Shown: positions 1-11,950 of the stretch, piece by piece
Layout: every line of letters begins with the position of its first letter
Position numbering within the stretch: the first letter of the stretch is position 1
DNA from: Camelus dromedarius
Lineage: Eukaryota
Direction of reading: 5' to 3'
Length of the DNA: 64,000 nucleotides
Assembly: GCF_036321535.1 (NCBI RefSeq)
Contig: NC_087436.1
Location: 118,980,001 to 119,044,000 of the forward strand
Position numbers and translations under genes: made by a program
Notes under the pieces: generated by a model
Seen by the model: the letters and a program-made list of their open reading frames with translations, nothing else
Told to the model about the DNA's origin: nothing
Database searches by the model: none

Positions 1-1444
1 TAGGTTACATTTTGTTAAAAAAAAAAAAAAGGTGGATTCCGTCAGGCCTCTGCACTCTGTTTTCTGAATCAAAATGCAAGCCACGTGGTTCTGCTACAGT
101 TCCAAGGACAAAGACAAGGGGGTGTGGCCGGCAAGGGAGCCCCCCCAGAGCCGGAGGAACTGTTCTGGAGACACCACATCCTCCGTGGCCCTCAGGTAAG
201 TGTCCTCTGAGACTGTGAGTCGTTAAAGAAAAGCTATCCTCAAATGGTCATAACATGCAATTTTCTTTTGGAGGCAGTTTAGTGCAGCTGGAAGAGGGCT
301 GGGGTACAGATGTGGGATGGAGATAGGGTGGGGTTCCTCATTACCAAACAGGTGAGGAGCCACCAGGGGTCTCCTCCATTCTCCCCGGGCCCTCCCCGTC
401 CCACCTGCTCTGCCTGCTTCACAAGATGAAGAGACGTCTTCAGAACCTTCCAGGCTAGAACGCTGCTTTAACGTGCATCCCCTACGTGGTGGGTTGGACA
501 GCGCCTTGTGGGAGGGAGGGGACGAGATTCCTGACTCCTCCGCTTGGTTGGCGCACGCCTTGGGCCTCAGTTTCTGCATGTGTACAATGGGGATGACGAG
601 TTATTCACCTTTAATCCCTGGCACCTGGCCCAGAGCCTGGCACTCAGCGAGCTGTTGGCATTCATGGAAGAAATGAATGGGCCCCCACTTCACGGGGTCA
701 GGATGAAGATTCAGAAAGATCATGGACGGAGCCAGTAGAGTTCCCACCAGGATGACAGGAGAGCTGGCAGAGCGGCTGCAGGGAGTAGACCATGGACCTG
801 AAGGGCCGGCGCTGCGCAGGGCAAGCGGCAGATGCTGGGCGAAGGGTGGCTCAAAGGAGGCTAAGAGACACACACCCACATCCCCACCTCAAGAAACTGT
901 AACCGACCTGGGATAGTGAAAGACATTTACATAACCCCAAAGAGGACTCTGCAGGTGCTCAGCATGAATTCACGATCCAAAAAGCAAAAAGGTGAGACCC
1001 TTAGCTCCGAGACAGTGGAAATTGCTCCATTGATCATCAAAAGAATCCCTGGCTGGCTTGTTTGAGCTTCGTTATCTGTCCCCGGAGCCCTGATCTGGGG
1101 CCAGGGAGGCGCGTGACAGAAACAGCTCCCGGGGCTCCCGCGTCCCCAGAAAGGAACCGCTGTGGTGAAGAATGAACGCGCAGACGTCCAAATCCTAATG
1201 CCGTGGGAAAGACTGCGCGCGGTTAAAGCACGGGATGAAAGAGGTGAACTTCAAGGCCGACAGTCGCGTCGGTTTACGATGATTCGTAGCTGTGAATCCT
1301 TTTTTTCCTGGTTTTATTAGACAACCCCCAGCAAAGGCGGTCCGGCCTCGGCCTCGGGACGCGGGAGGGGCAGCCCGGCGCCCCCTGGTGGCCGCTCGGC
1401 GCGTGGCCGTCGGACGGTCGCGCGGGGACGGCCCCGCGGGGCGC
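1..1444 (-). other. PPP2R2C: PPP2R2C 3' UTR (partial; probably continues beyond the window start)
   Basis: Directly downstream of the stop codon with no recognisable interspersed repeat. U-tract at 17-30 and an AATAAA at 1318-1313. True extent cannot be determined from sequence. Confidence 0.7.
1376..1394 (-). promoter_or_regulatory. CTCF motif CGGCCACCAGGGGGCGCCG
   Basis: Exact match to the CTCF core CCACCAGGGGGCGC. Confidence 0.7.
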
Positions 1445-1736
1445 CTAGTGCATGTCCGAGTTCACCTTGTCCTGGAAAATATACAGGTTGTTGGTGGCCG
1501 CGATGGCGATGATGTTCTCGGCCGGGTGCCAGGCCGTGTGCAGGATCTTCTTGGTGAAGTCCAAGCTGTCCACGCTGATGTCGTCCCGCCGGCGCTTGCC
1601 GCCCACGCACACACGCCGCGGCTTGAGCACCGCGCGGGGCTTGCTGCTCTCCCGCGACGCCTCCAGGGTCACGTCCCGCTTGGTGTTGCGGTCAAACATG
1701 CGGAAGAAGTTGTTGTAGGCCCCGGTCATGATGACG
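1445..1736 (-). CDS. PPP2R2C: PPP2R2C terminal coding exon 9 (292 nt; (S)[16 protein letters not shown]...[14 protein letters not shown])
   Basis: Lies within ORF 1445..1807. The C-terminus KVNSDMH is characteristic of the gamma paralogue. Acceptor ctcccaccag|C GTC, stop TAG at 1447-1445. Confidence 0.97.
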
Positions 1737-3545
1737 CTGGTGGGAGAAGGAGAGGCGTCAGGCGGGGCCACGCAAGAAAGAAGAAATACCCGGGGCTGCA
1801 GGGCCATCTCCCCAGGACGGGAGCCCGGGGAGCAGACGGAGCCACGCCTGCCTCCGTCCCCACTTCCTCTGGGCGTCTCCTGTCCTCCCTCATCTCGGCA
1901 GCCTCAGCACACAGGCTCAGAGCCAGGGGCCGAGACCCCGTTAATACTCTGCCCCAAACATTATAAAAACATTCTCTTGGACTTCGCCCTTGAGTCCAGG
2001 AGCGAGAGCCCTAGACTTTCAATGAGACTAGGCAACACCAGAGCGAGGGCAAAGGGAAGTAAACACAGAAGGCTGCAAACTACACGGAGGGCTATGAACT
2101 CCGGGCTGACAAAGGGCGGGCTCCGGAACCAACCAGACCCGCCCTCGGGGCAGGGACCCGGGGCCTCCTGTTTGAGCCCTCGAGTGACTCAAGGAATGTT
2201 CTTCGCAAGCCACCGATGTGCCAGTGTTCACAGACCTCCCCCGTCCTGCTAGAGAATTTTATATTTGTCCATGCACCTCCCACCCCTTCCCTCACCTCTC
2301 CCAAGGAGAAGGGATTCCTGCTGGACCAGAGAAAGGATGTTAGTCTACATGGTAAGAGCTGGGAGAGAAAGAACACCAGCTCCATGGGCCTGGGCCTAGA
2401 GCAGGGGTTTGGGGTTTTGAAGCATCTAGGGGTGGGGCACACAAAATCACTGGGAGGCGGGAATGGCTTCCAGGAAGCAATGCTGAGGGTAAGGAAGGCG
2501 TCTTCTCCAATGTTCTGCAGGAGAGGTGGGTACAGACTGGGACTCCTCCTCCCTTTGGGGCATGAGCTGTGCTTCCTGAGACTGTCAATGCTCCGAGACG
2601 AGCCATGAGCACCCCTAGGTTTATAAGGGTTACGCACATGAGCTAGGCCTTCCATATCACCCAAGTTACAGGAATAATCCCGTGCAGAGGTGGGGGAGGT
2701 GCCCAAAGGCAGGGCTCCAGCTGGCTGGACCAGGAGAAACTGCTCTGCTCGGCACTGGGCTGGGCAGGGTCAGATGCTCAGGGTCCCTGGGTGATGCTGA
2801 GTCACAGGCTGAAAATGACACATGTCCTTGTCGTATGTTACCTTCTCACGGGAGAACCTGGGCTGATAAACTGACACCAGGAGAGTACAGTACGTGAGGG
2901 CCCAGCCTGTAGCATCTCTGTGGGAGACCACCTCCCCGGGCCACCCGAGAGTGGGCAAGTTGTGATTGGAAGTCACCTGGCTCCTCACCTGTGGACCATC
3001 TCTTAGTGTTGGTCCCTTCTGGATGGTGACGGCCAAGGTATGGAGTGGGGAGGCCCCTCTGCTGCCTGGTCCCTGAAGCTGCCCAAGGAGAGGGGTCTCC
3101 CCAGCGGAGGGTAGAGGGTGGGGTGACATGTGTCTCCTAATGGGGTAAGACAGCACTGTGTCTCCCCTCTCACTGTGAAGTCTGCCCCTCCGAGTTCCGA
3201 TTCTTCACAGAAAGGACCTTTGACTTGGCTTGAGGCCTCAACAAGTTGGGGCCAGGAACTCCCTTTTGGTTCCAGCCTACAAGCAGCTTCGGGGGCTGCC
3301 CGTGCCCAAGCTATGTGGTTCCTGGAGGTGGCCGTGCGCCGATGAGGCCAGCCGTGTGCCAGGGCCCACAGTCTGCAGTGTTAATGTTTGGTGCCACGTC
3401 CCCTGACACCCAGACTGCTTTCTCTGACCTTGTATTCAGAGATCGGTGGGTGGGTGGGTGTCGGGAACAATGAGGATGGAAGACCCCCTCTATCAGGCAG
3501 CTTTTCTGGGGGCCCAGGCAGCAGGGGGCGAGGCTCACCTGGGCC

Positions 3546-3559
3546 CCAGCAGAGGGCAG
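3546..3559 (+). promoter_or_regulatory. CTCF motif CCAGCAGAGGGCAG
   Basis: Matches CCASYAGRKGGCRS at all 14 positions; a near-match GCAGCAGGGGGCGA lies at 3518-3531. Confidence 0.55.
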
Positions 3560-6500
3560 AGGGCACATGCCAACTGGGTGACTGGAGAAGAGTTCCTTAA
3601 AGAGGCTGTTTCCAAAGGTTCTGGAAGGTTCTAAGGGAACACAGGGAAAGTGCAGTGCCCTGGGACGGGTACATTTGGAGATTCTGATACCACCCCGAGG
3701 CGTGAGGGGTGAGGGGAGGGAGGAATAAATACCCTGCTTCTCTCTTTATTCTCAGACATTCCAGTGTCTCCGGTGGTCAAGCCCAGCCAGAAGCCAGCGG
3801 GCACAGAGGCCTGCCGACACAGCCCCTGGGCTCGGCCTCCAGGCACACTCTCTGCGGAGGGGGGGTGGGGCTGGGGTTGGGAGCTGGGGGGGCAGGTGGA
3901 GACCTCTCCCGGCTCACCTCACAGCACCGATGCCCCTGGGTAAGCGTCCACCTGTGCCTCGTCCTCCACACCAGGTGGGGGCTCCTGGGGCAGGTGTGTC
4001 TTGGGTGAGTCCCCAGGGCCTGGCCTGGCCTCCTAGCAGGGAAGCGGTCCTTGAAGGGAAGACAGCCCCCAGCAGCCAAGCAGCAGCAGAGCGGAGCCCC
4101 GGGGCGGGGAAGGAGAGCTCCTGGCACAGGTGAGGATGAGGGAGGGCGCAGTAAAAGCTTTGTAAACCGAAGGGACTGAAGGGCCAGAAGCTTCTCTTAC
4201 TCACGGCCAGACCTGCAGGTCCAGACGGTACCTGCCCCCAGGAGGTGCTCACTAAGTATCTGCCAAATGAATGAACGAATGAATGCATGCATGCTGTGGA
4301 AAGGTCGCACAGTCACAGCCGCCCTTGGAAGTCTTAGAAAAGTGTGAAATGACCTGCCCAGTTATCCCCCTGGACACGGACAGGGGACAGACCAGAGGTG
4401 AGTGGAGGGGAGCTATCTGGGGGAGCTCTGTGGGTGGCCCTGGGACAGGAAGGGGGCAGTTAAGTGGTTCTACCTTTTTAAGAGATTTATCTCATCTCTG
4501 GAGGTGAAGGGAGAGTGGGTGGAGAATTCTAATGTACTTTCTGGCTCTGCTCTTTTCTATTCTAAAACCTTAATTCGTGTGAATAGACCCGTGTGCTGTA
4601 GAGACAATGACATAACACCTGTGTGGAGGTGCGGGGCGGGCGTGAGGAGCCCACCCCGCGATGCTGCGGGGAGTGGGAGGATGCCCTCCGTGTCCCTCCT
4701 TCCCAGAGAAGCCCCTCTTGTGTCCCTAGTCGGCTCGTCCGGGGGGAGGCTGGGTTGGCTCTGATGCCCCCTGAATTATGTCCCAACAGTGTGATTCCCC
4801 AGAGTGGGCTGAGCCTCAGGATGTCCCAGAACCAGAGCAGACCTGGCGCCTGAAAGTCACTGCAGCCCAAGCCCGGCACCAGTGTGTGTGTGTGTGGGGG
4901 GGCACTTGCCCCCAGGGATCACCAGCCAGGATGAACTCTGACCTCCCGACTCAGGGCAGCATCCCCGTCAGGCCTGTCTTGTTCAGAGGACAAGAGGGGG
5001 GCCTGCCCATGACCCTGCCAGGTACTCCCCATCACCCCCATGGCTGATGTCCACTGGCGTCAGGCTGGGTCACAGAGAGGGCCCCTGCCAGCATAGCACA
5101 GGGACTTACACACAGCAGGTCAGTGTGGATGGAGCCAGGTGGGCCCCTTCATGAGTGAGGGACTCCTGCTTTCGCTCCTTCCACAGCCCTCCCTGATTAC
5201 CCATGGTGCAGCCCTGGGACACTGGGGGACACTGGGGGACACTGCTGAGGCAGCAGCAGGAGCAGGTGGACTCTGTCTCCCCCAGGGAGAGCCAGGGCTC
5301 CCACCCTCCCTCGGCTCCCCCTCCCTGTGCCGGGCTGTGCGGGTAGGGCTCTCACGTTGTCCTGTGTGGTGGTCGCTCTCAGAGCCTGTGCAGGAGAGGG
5401 GTAGCCCCGAGGGGCGCAGACCCATCTGGGAGCTTGGAAAATCACACCAGCCCGGCTGGGGGTGGGCACAGCAGCCTGGGGGTGGGGTGAGCTCTGGTTT
5501 CCAATCTCACAGGCTGGGGGGGAATCTGAGAGCCCAAGGGCCAAGGCCTCCCCTCCCTGGGCCCAGAGCAGCTCTACAGACAGAAAAGGCGGAGTCCACC
5601 AGCTCAGCCTGGGCCCAGGAGCCGGACAGGGGCCCCGATGCTGGCTGACTGGGGCTGCTAACTGGCCTCACTGTCAAGATGGGGACACAGACCGTTCTCT
5701 CTCCACCTGCTTTTCTTGGGCCCAAAGACAAAGACAAAGGCAAAGGCATGCACTCAAGGGCAGGCAGTGTAGATGGGTGTGCCCCAAGGGCAGGCAGTAT
5801 GGACGGTGCTCAGGTTGGGTCCGCCATCCGGGTCCAGATCTCAGCTCTGCCCCTGACACGCTTCCTAGCTCTCTGGGCAGCTTTCCTGCCTATAAAATGT
5901 GGTAACGAAGGACCCCAGCCCTTGGTGAGCATGGATTAGATAACACGGTAAAACACTTGAGAGCAGTGCTGGGCTCAGTAAATCCCGCCTCCTGTGTGTA
6001 TTAAATGGCAACCGGTGTTTCTGGGTTCTAACCATCCGTGTGGCCTGAAGCCCCACCGGGCCGTCTGTGACAGGGAGCCCCAGACTAGGGAGGGGGCTGG
6101 AGGAGAGAGTGGGTGATGGGTTCCCAGAGAGAAAGGCAGCTGGTCCTGGTTCTCTGAGGAACAGCTCGCGGAAACCTGTGGGTGTTTTCACACAACACCC
6201 AGGCTTTTCCTGAGCCGTTGGGAAAGGGAGAGTGAGATCTTAAAGTTACTTGCAGCCCATGCAGTGGCCAGTCGTCCTTACACGCGGGCGCAGGGTCCAG
6301 CTGACACCTCCGGGGAGGACGGAGCCCCCTCCCACGCCCGCGGCGAGAGGCGGTCTCTTTCACCTGGGAACGCCAGGTCCCAGCACCCTGCAGACACTGC
6401 CAGGACAGAGTGGCCCACTGCTCCCATTCTGAAGTGTTCTCTAACATTCCAGAAGGTTCTTTCAACAGGGAAAAGGGCAGTCCCTGCCCTGGCTGGCATC

Positions 6501-8145
6501 TAGGCAAGTTGCATCCCCTCTGGCAGCCTCACGTGCCTCATCTGCATGTGGGGATCACGACGCAGGCTGCGCTTGTCCCCTGTCTCTCCTCTTCCTCTGG
6601 GGAAAGGTGCCTGCCCCACCCCTGTGGCTCCGGAGGGTCTGTCAATCATGGCGCTCCACCCTGCCCCCCCGCTGGCCAGCTGTGGCCTGCGATAATCATG
6701 CCCATGCTGACTGGCCCCAAAGTGAGCATGTGACCCAAACAAAGCCAATCGGATCCTTCCATGAGAATGTTCATAGACCCAGGAGAGGGACTGTGGGCTA
6801 TTTGGGGTCAGTGTCCCTAACAGCAAGGGGAAGCCATTTGCAGTGGGAGAGGATGAGGCTAATGAGTAAAAAGAAGTAGGGAGGCACAGGGATGGGAGTG
6901 GACAGAGAGGGGATGGCCCCAAAGGTCCAGCGTGAGTCCTGGGGCAGCCTTGCCTGCAATTCCTCAGAGCAAGCTTAGGCTTGTCAGATTCCTGCAACTG
7001 GAAGACACAAATCCCTTCCTCCCAGGCAGACGAGATCAAGGAGAGCTTCCTAGAGGAGGTGGCATTTAACGTGGGTCTTGGAGGCTAGGCCGGGTTCTTT
7101 CAGACAAGACAGACAACAGACCCCTGTGTGCAAATCATCGGGCTATCTGCTGCCAATACGGAGCCATGGCCTTGCCAAGAGCTTCACACACAGGGTCTCA
7201 TTCTCAAAGCAGCCCCTGAAAGTCATGGTTTATTAGAACCGCTTTCCAGGTGAGCAGACTCAGAGAGGCCTGGAGGCTTGTTAGGGCATGCAGCTGGAGT
7301 GCCCCCAGAGCTGCTGCCCTCTCTTCGCCCCCGGGCTGCCCATCTAAGTCTTGTTGGAGTTGGGTAAGGGACGCTGGGAGGGCTGTCAGATATCCACTAG
7401 CTCTGTGCTGCCTTCTACACAGCCCGGACCCCGGAAGCTTCCCATGAACATGAGCAGGCCAGGACATGCTGAGCCTGAGGAATTCAAAGGTTTGCTTTGG
7501 TCTGCGAGGGTGGGGTCCTTGGAGGACAAAACTTGCTTCTGCCCTTAGCCTCTGAGCTCCTGGAAGGCAGGGACCAGGCTTCATCCTCCTCTGTGAGGTA
7601 TGCCAGGCTCCTAGGATGCTTTCAATGAAGTGGAAGGAGGTGGTATTCCCTGTGCCTCCCAGAATGTTAATGGCCATTGACTGGACACTCCTGAGGCTCC
7701 AAGTGAGGGGTTCAGGATGGGCTGAGCTACAGTCCCACTCCCAGGGGCACCCCAACCAGTGGGGAAGGCAAACAGACGCAAGGTGAACACATGTAATAAA
7801 TGCAGAGACACAGAAGGAAAACCCAGGAGGCTGGGGTGGAGGGTGGTCAAGGAAGAGAGGATCCCGAGGGCTTCCTGGGGGAGGTGGCCTTGAGTTGAGT
7901 CAGTAAAGCAAGGTAACAGCAGGAGTGAGCCAGGTGCAGTGTGGACCGGGTTCCAGGGGGTGGGAACAGAGCGGGTTGTGGAGGGGGGTGGCAGGGACCA
8001 CCGGGGCTGGGGCAGCTGGCATGTGAAACGCATGGCAGGAAGTGGTGGGTGAGAGGCGGGACAGCTGAGCTCCACGCTGGGCACCTGTCCTCCAGGAAGA
8101 ACTTGGAGTTCAGGTCTCTGGGAGCTCTGCATCTCCTATTCATGG

Positions 8146-8159
8146 GCGCCCCCTGGTGG
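8146..8159 (-). promoter_or_regulatory. CTCF motif CCACCAGGGGGCGC
   Basis: Exact core match with its CpG retained in a CpG-poor intron. Confidence 0.7.
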
Positions 8160-8206
8160 TGATGTGGAGGCAAGGCCGACAGTGTTCACCATCAGTAGGG
8201 AGCCCA

Positions 8207-8279
8207 ACACAGACACATAGACACAGACACAGACACAGACACAGACACAGACACATACACACACACACACAGACAGACA

Positions 8280-8325
<46 letters not shown>
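8207..8325. repeat. Compound microsatellite (GACACA)n-(CA)n
   Basis: Directly visible; ends in a pure (AC) run of about 22 units. Confidence 0.95.
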
Positions 8326-8330
<5 letters not shown>

Positions 8331-9070
8331 ACTGGAAGCCCCTTCAGCCAGAAATAAGTCCCTTTTCTGAGATTCTGATAGAACTTCCGTCCCAAGACCG
8401 GCTACCCGTGTTCGCCGGGGAACCCCCAGTGTGTCAGCCTGGGCGCAGGCCCTGCAGGGAGTGCCTGTGTCCCCCCTGACCCAGCTGTGTCAGCCCAGTC
8501 CCAGGCCAGGCCCTCCGTCTGAGTTTCTAAGTGTCCTTCAGTGGAGCCTCCCCCCGCACCCCCGTACCCACCATGCTGGCCCCTCTGATGTGATCACTGC
8601 CGTGCCCGGAGACCCCAAGGACCAGGTGAGCCCAGGGTGTCGGCAGCAGCTCCAGAAAATCCCCCTCCCTGGGACACAGTGGTTTGGCCCCATTTGGGGC
8701 CCCTGGAAAGGCCCCCTCCAGGTCCTGTCTCTGTGGTTCCCGGTCCCCCTCCCCCACCGCCTTCTCTGCCGGTCCCAGCGTGCCTGTGCCCAGAGCCACA
8801 CAGGGTCACAGCACAGAAGCTCTCACAGGACCAGGGCAGCACCAGCCACACTCAGAACTTGGGGAGAGCCCTGCCTGCCTCTGGCCAGACACGCGTGACT
8901 GACGGGGTCCATGGGATGGACACACCCCTGACGGCGGCTGAGTCGAAGGCTGCCGGCTTTCACTCCACCCCTTCTCACCCACCAAACCAGCTCCGACTGT
9001 GAAGTGTGGTGGGTGACAATCTGATACACTGGCCAGTGTGGTTTCCATCCCTGCCTGGTCACCTGGGTCC

Positions 9071-9156
9071 CTGCCCTGGGTCTCCCTGTCCACACCTGCC
9101 CTGGGTCTCCCTGTCCACACCTGCCCTGGGTCTTTCCTGTCCACACCTGCCCCGGG
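9071..9156. repeat. 25-bp minisatellite (CTGCCCTGGGTCTCCCTGTCCACAC) x ~3.4
   Basis: Copies start at 9071, 9096, 9121 (variant, one base longer) and 9147 (partial). Confidence 0.9.
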
Positions 9157-9710
9157 CTGAGCCAGGTGATGGGGGAAACAGGAACTCACATCAGCCTCAG
9201 GGCCATTTCCCAGGTGGGTGGGGCTGTGAGAGTGGCTGCCACTGCAGAAGTCCCCTGGCCCCAGAACGTGCAGGAGCTGTGAGTGGTCCCCAGAGCCCTG
9301 CTGGGCCTGAAGCTACAGCATAGTGGCTGGAGGGGGCGTAGACCAGTGGCTAAAGCCCTTTGCCCCTGGGGCTTGGGCACCAGGAGCACCTCTCACCCCT
9401 GACAACCTGGGGAAGGGGCTGTGATGAGGGTCCTGAATTTGGCTGAAGATGTCTCCACTACCACTCAGGAGAGGGGGCTCCACGTGGACGCTAGGTGTGG
9501 TCTCAGAAGGTGAAGTTTCATTTCTGCACTTGAACTTGAGAGCTGAGAGCTCAAATCTGCTACAAGAAAGGCTGGGCCTCCTTGGAACACCCTGATTCAT
9601 CAGGCTTGAGAACAGTGAACTCCACGATGCATTCCGCCCAGGTGACCAGCTGGCTCCACTGGGCAGAAAGCCCCTAGTTAGGCAGGATGGGGTCGGCGGT
9701 CTGGGGTTAC

Positions 9711-9802
9711 CTGTCACTCCCGTTCCAGGCACATTCAAACTTGTCAAAAATACAGTCGTTCTCATACAGGGAGCAGAGCTTGCTCCGAAGGTAATCGTGG
9801 AC
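9711..9802 (-). CDS. PPP2R2C: PPP2R2C coding exon 8 (92 nt; [30 protein letters not shown](S))
   Basis: Found by manual reverse-complement translation; not in the ORF track. Acceptor ttctctcaccag|GTC, donor GACAG|gtaacc. Confidence 0.97.
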
Positions 9803-11529
9803 CTGGTGAGAGAAGCAGACGGGGTGAGTCAAGGAGGGGGTGTTCCCCAACAGTCCTGGCCTCCCTCCATGAGGAGGGGCTCACTGAGCAGGGCTATGCC
9901 CTCCCGGGTCTGGATCGCACTCCTGACTCAGCCACGCACGTGGCCAACCCCTGAGCTGTGGCCAGAGAGGGGACAGTCACAGTGACAAAGGGAACAACAT
10001 CAGAGAGGACCAAATCCTGGCTCTGCCCCTCCCTGGCTGTGTGATCCTGGACAAGTGACTTCACCTCTCTGAGCCTTGGCTTCTTGGCTTCACCTTCTTA
10101 GGGTGAAAAGAGGGCAGACCTCATGGGCTGTTCTGGGACCACTGGTAGGAGACCGCTTGGTGCAGGGTCATGCCTTCTGGGGACCATCGTCACCAGGAGC
10201 ATGATGGTGACCATCATGGAGAAAAGAGGAAGGAGAATTCAGTCATCTTAATGATCTCGGCAGATGCCACCTGTCCTGTTTTATGAGACACTGAAGCTCA
10301 GAGAAGTTAAGCAACTGCCCCAAACTCACACAGCTTGCAAGTGGAAGACCAGCACCCTCTCCCAGGGTGACCTGACACCGCAGGAGAGACAGTAGTGCCC
10401 TATGACTGGCGGCCACAGCCTGCAGCCCGATCCCACCAGCTCTGTGCCTGGAGGGCTCCCGGGTGCTGGCTCTCTGCAGGGACGCGGCCCCGCCCTCTGC
10501 GTGGGGGAAGGGGCCAGCGAATGGGTAACATGAAGCCTGAACTCCTAGCTCTGCCCTTACTGCGTGACCCAGGAGAGTCACATAGCCACTATGAGCCTCA
10601 GGTTTCCCATTAGAAAAGAGGGTCATGAGCCTCCTCCCCTGGAGAAGAGTGTGAGTGTTCGAGGAGACGAACTTTGGGCAGAGCATCCTGTAGGTATTTG
10701 CGGCCCTGATTAGCTCAGAGGGAGGGAGAGAAAGAAATGTGCACCCCTGCTGGGCAGCGGCACTGGCCCACAAACCAAAGATCAAGTATAGGGAGGGCAG
10801 GGGAAGGAAAAGGAGGCTTGCATCCTTTTCTGTCTCAGAACCTCTTATTCATCTTGAAAAACCCAGCTCCGGGCAGCCTCCGCCTTTCAGATAGGTGCCC
10901 CCACCCCCGGGAGACCAGCCCCACGGTCTCCCTGGTGAGTCTCCTGGCCTGCGGCCACACCAGGCTCTGGTCCACTGTGCTCCTGTTGTCTGGGACCCTT
11001 GAGGGTGAGGCCGCAGCTCCTCCTTCCCTCTGAGCCCAAGGTCTAGCCCGGTACAGAGCGCCTGCCCAGTGTGTGCAATGACCAAGATGAAAGGGGATGA
11101 CTTGGTCATCCCAGGCGCCTGACTTCATTCCCTGAACAGACTGTAGGATGCTTGTGTTCAGCCCTCCAGGTCTGCATTTGTGTGAGTGCTCTTTGCATCA
11201 TCACGACAGCCTCACGGATGCACTGGTCCTAACACATGTGCTGTTCTCTCTCCTATATACAGAGTGCCTCCCGCCCGCTGGTGGCTGGGTAGGGAAGAGG
11301 GTGAGCTCTGCAGTAATAAAGACCAATCTAGTCGGCCGCCTGCTACTCTACCATCATTTAAATCAGATACACCATTTAACTCAATTTTCACCAAATAAAA
11401 TGGGAGAGGGAGAACACAGGTCCCACCTCCCAGGGCAGCTGGGAGGCTTAGAAGATGAAAAGTGTGCCAAGGACTTAAATCAATACTGCACATGCTGAGG
11501 GCTGGATCACTCAACCCCCCTGCCTACCC

Positions 11530-11950
11530 CTTTCTCTCCTGCCTCCATCAGCCACAGAGGCTATAAACTATTCATTTTCTCAGTCTGGTCATGGACTCAT
11601 TCTACCCAATGAGTTGTAAGAAGTCTTCTGAGGAGTGTTCTGGGAAAGCTTTTGTGCTCCTGATAAAACATATAATAGATCTAACTGGCCCACATTTTCT
11701 CTAATTTTCTGCCTGGAATGTAGGCATACTTCCTGGAGGTATGGCAGCCATTTTTCCATCATGAGGTAACACACATGAAGGTAGAAAACCAACACACAAA
11801 TAACTGTGAACTAGATGACAGAAGTAGCTGTTGAGATACTGAGCAGATCACGGAGCCACTCACTGTTCCTGGATACTCTCCTCCAAGCTTGTGAAGGAAG
11901 AAAATCCCCTATCTGTTCAGTACTGCAAGTCAGCTAAACACAATCCTGCT
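11530..11950 (+). mobile_element. Old MaLR LTR (MLT1I/J-like)
   Basis: Motifs such as tctgggaaagctttt and gcagccattttt..catgagg resemble old MLT1 consensus; highly diverged. Confidence 0.5.

Larger units (their letters stand above)
1100..1870. promoter_or_regulatory. CpG island over the terminal exon and proximal 3' UTR
   Basis: Visibly very high CpG density (especially 1335-1445) compared with the CpG-depleted introns. Boundaries approximate; obs/exp not computed. Confidence 0.75.

Noticed and set aside
495..504. RE1 right half-site GGACAGCGCC (also near 38157)
   Set aside because: No left half-site nearby; isolated half-sites are common in GC-rich DNA.
1292..1966. 224-aa plus-strand ORF
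   Set aside because: Antisense shadow of GC-rich exon 9; non-ATG start, low-complexity Arg/Gly/Ala composition and no recognisable domain.
8136..8395. Cys/Val-repeat ORFs
   Set aside because: Translations of the (CA)n microsatellite.
9071..9156. CRISPR-like direct repeats
   Set aside because: Head-to-tail tandem units without spacers in a mammalian intron; ordinary minisatellite.
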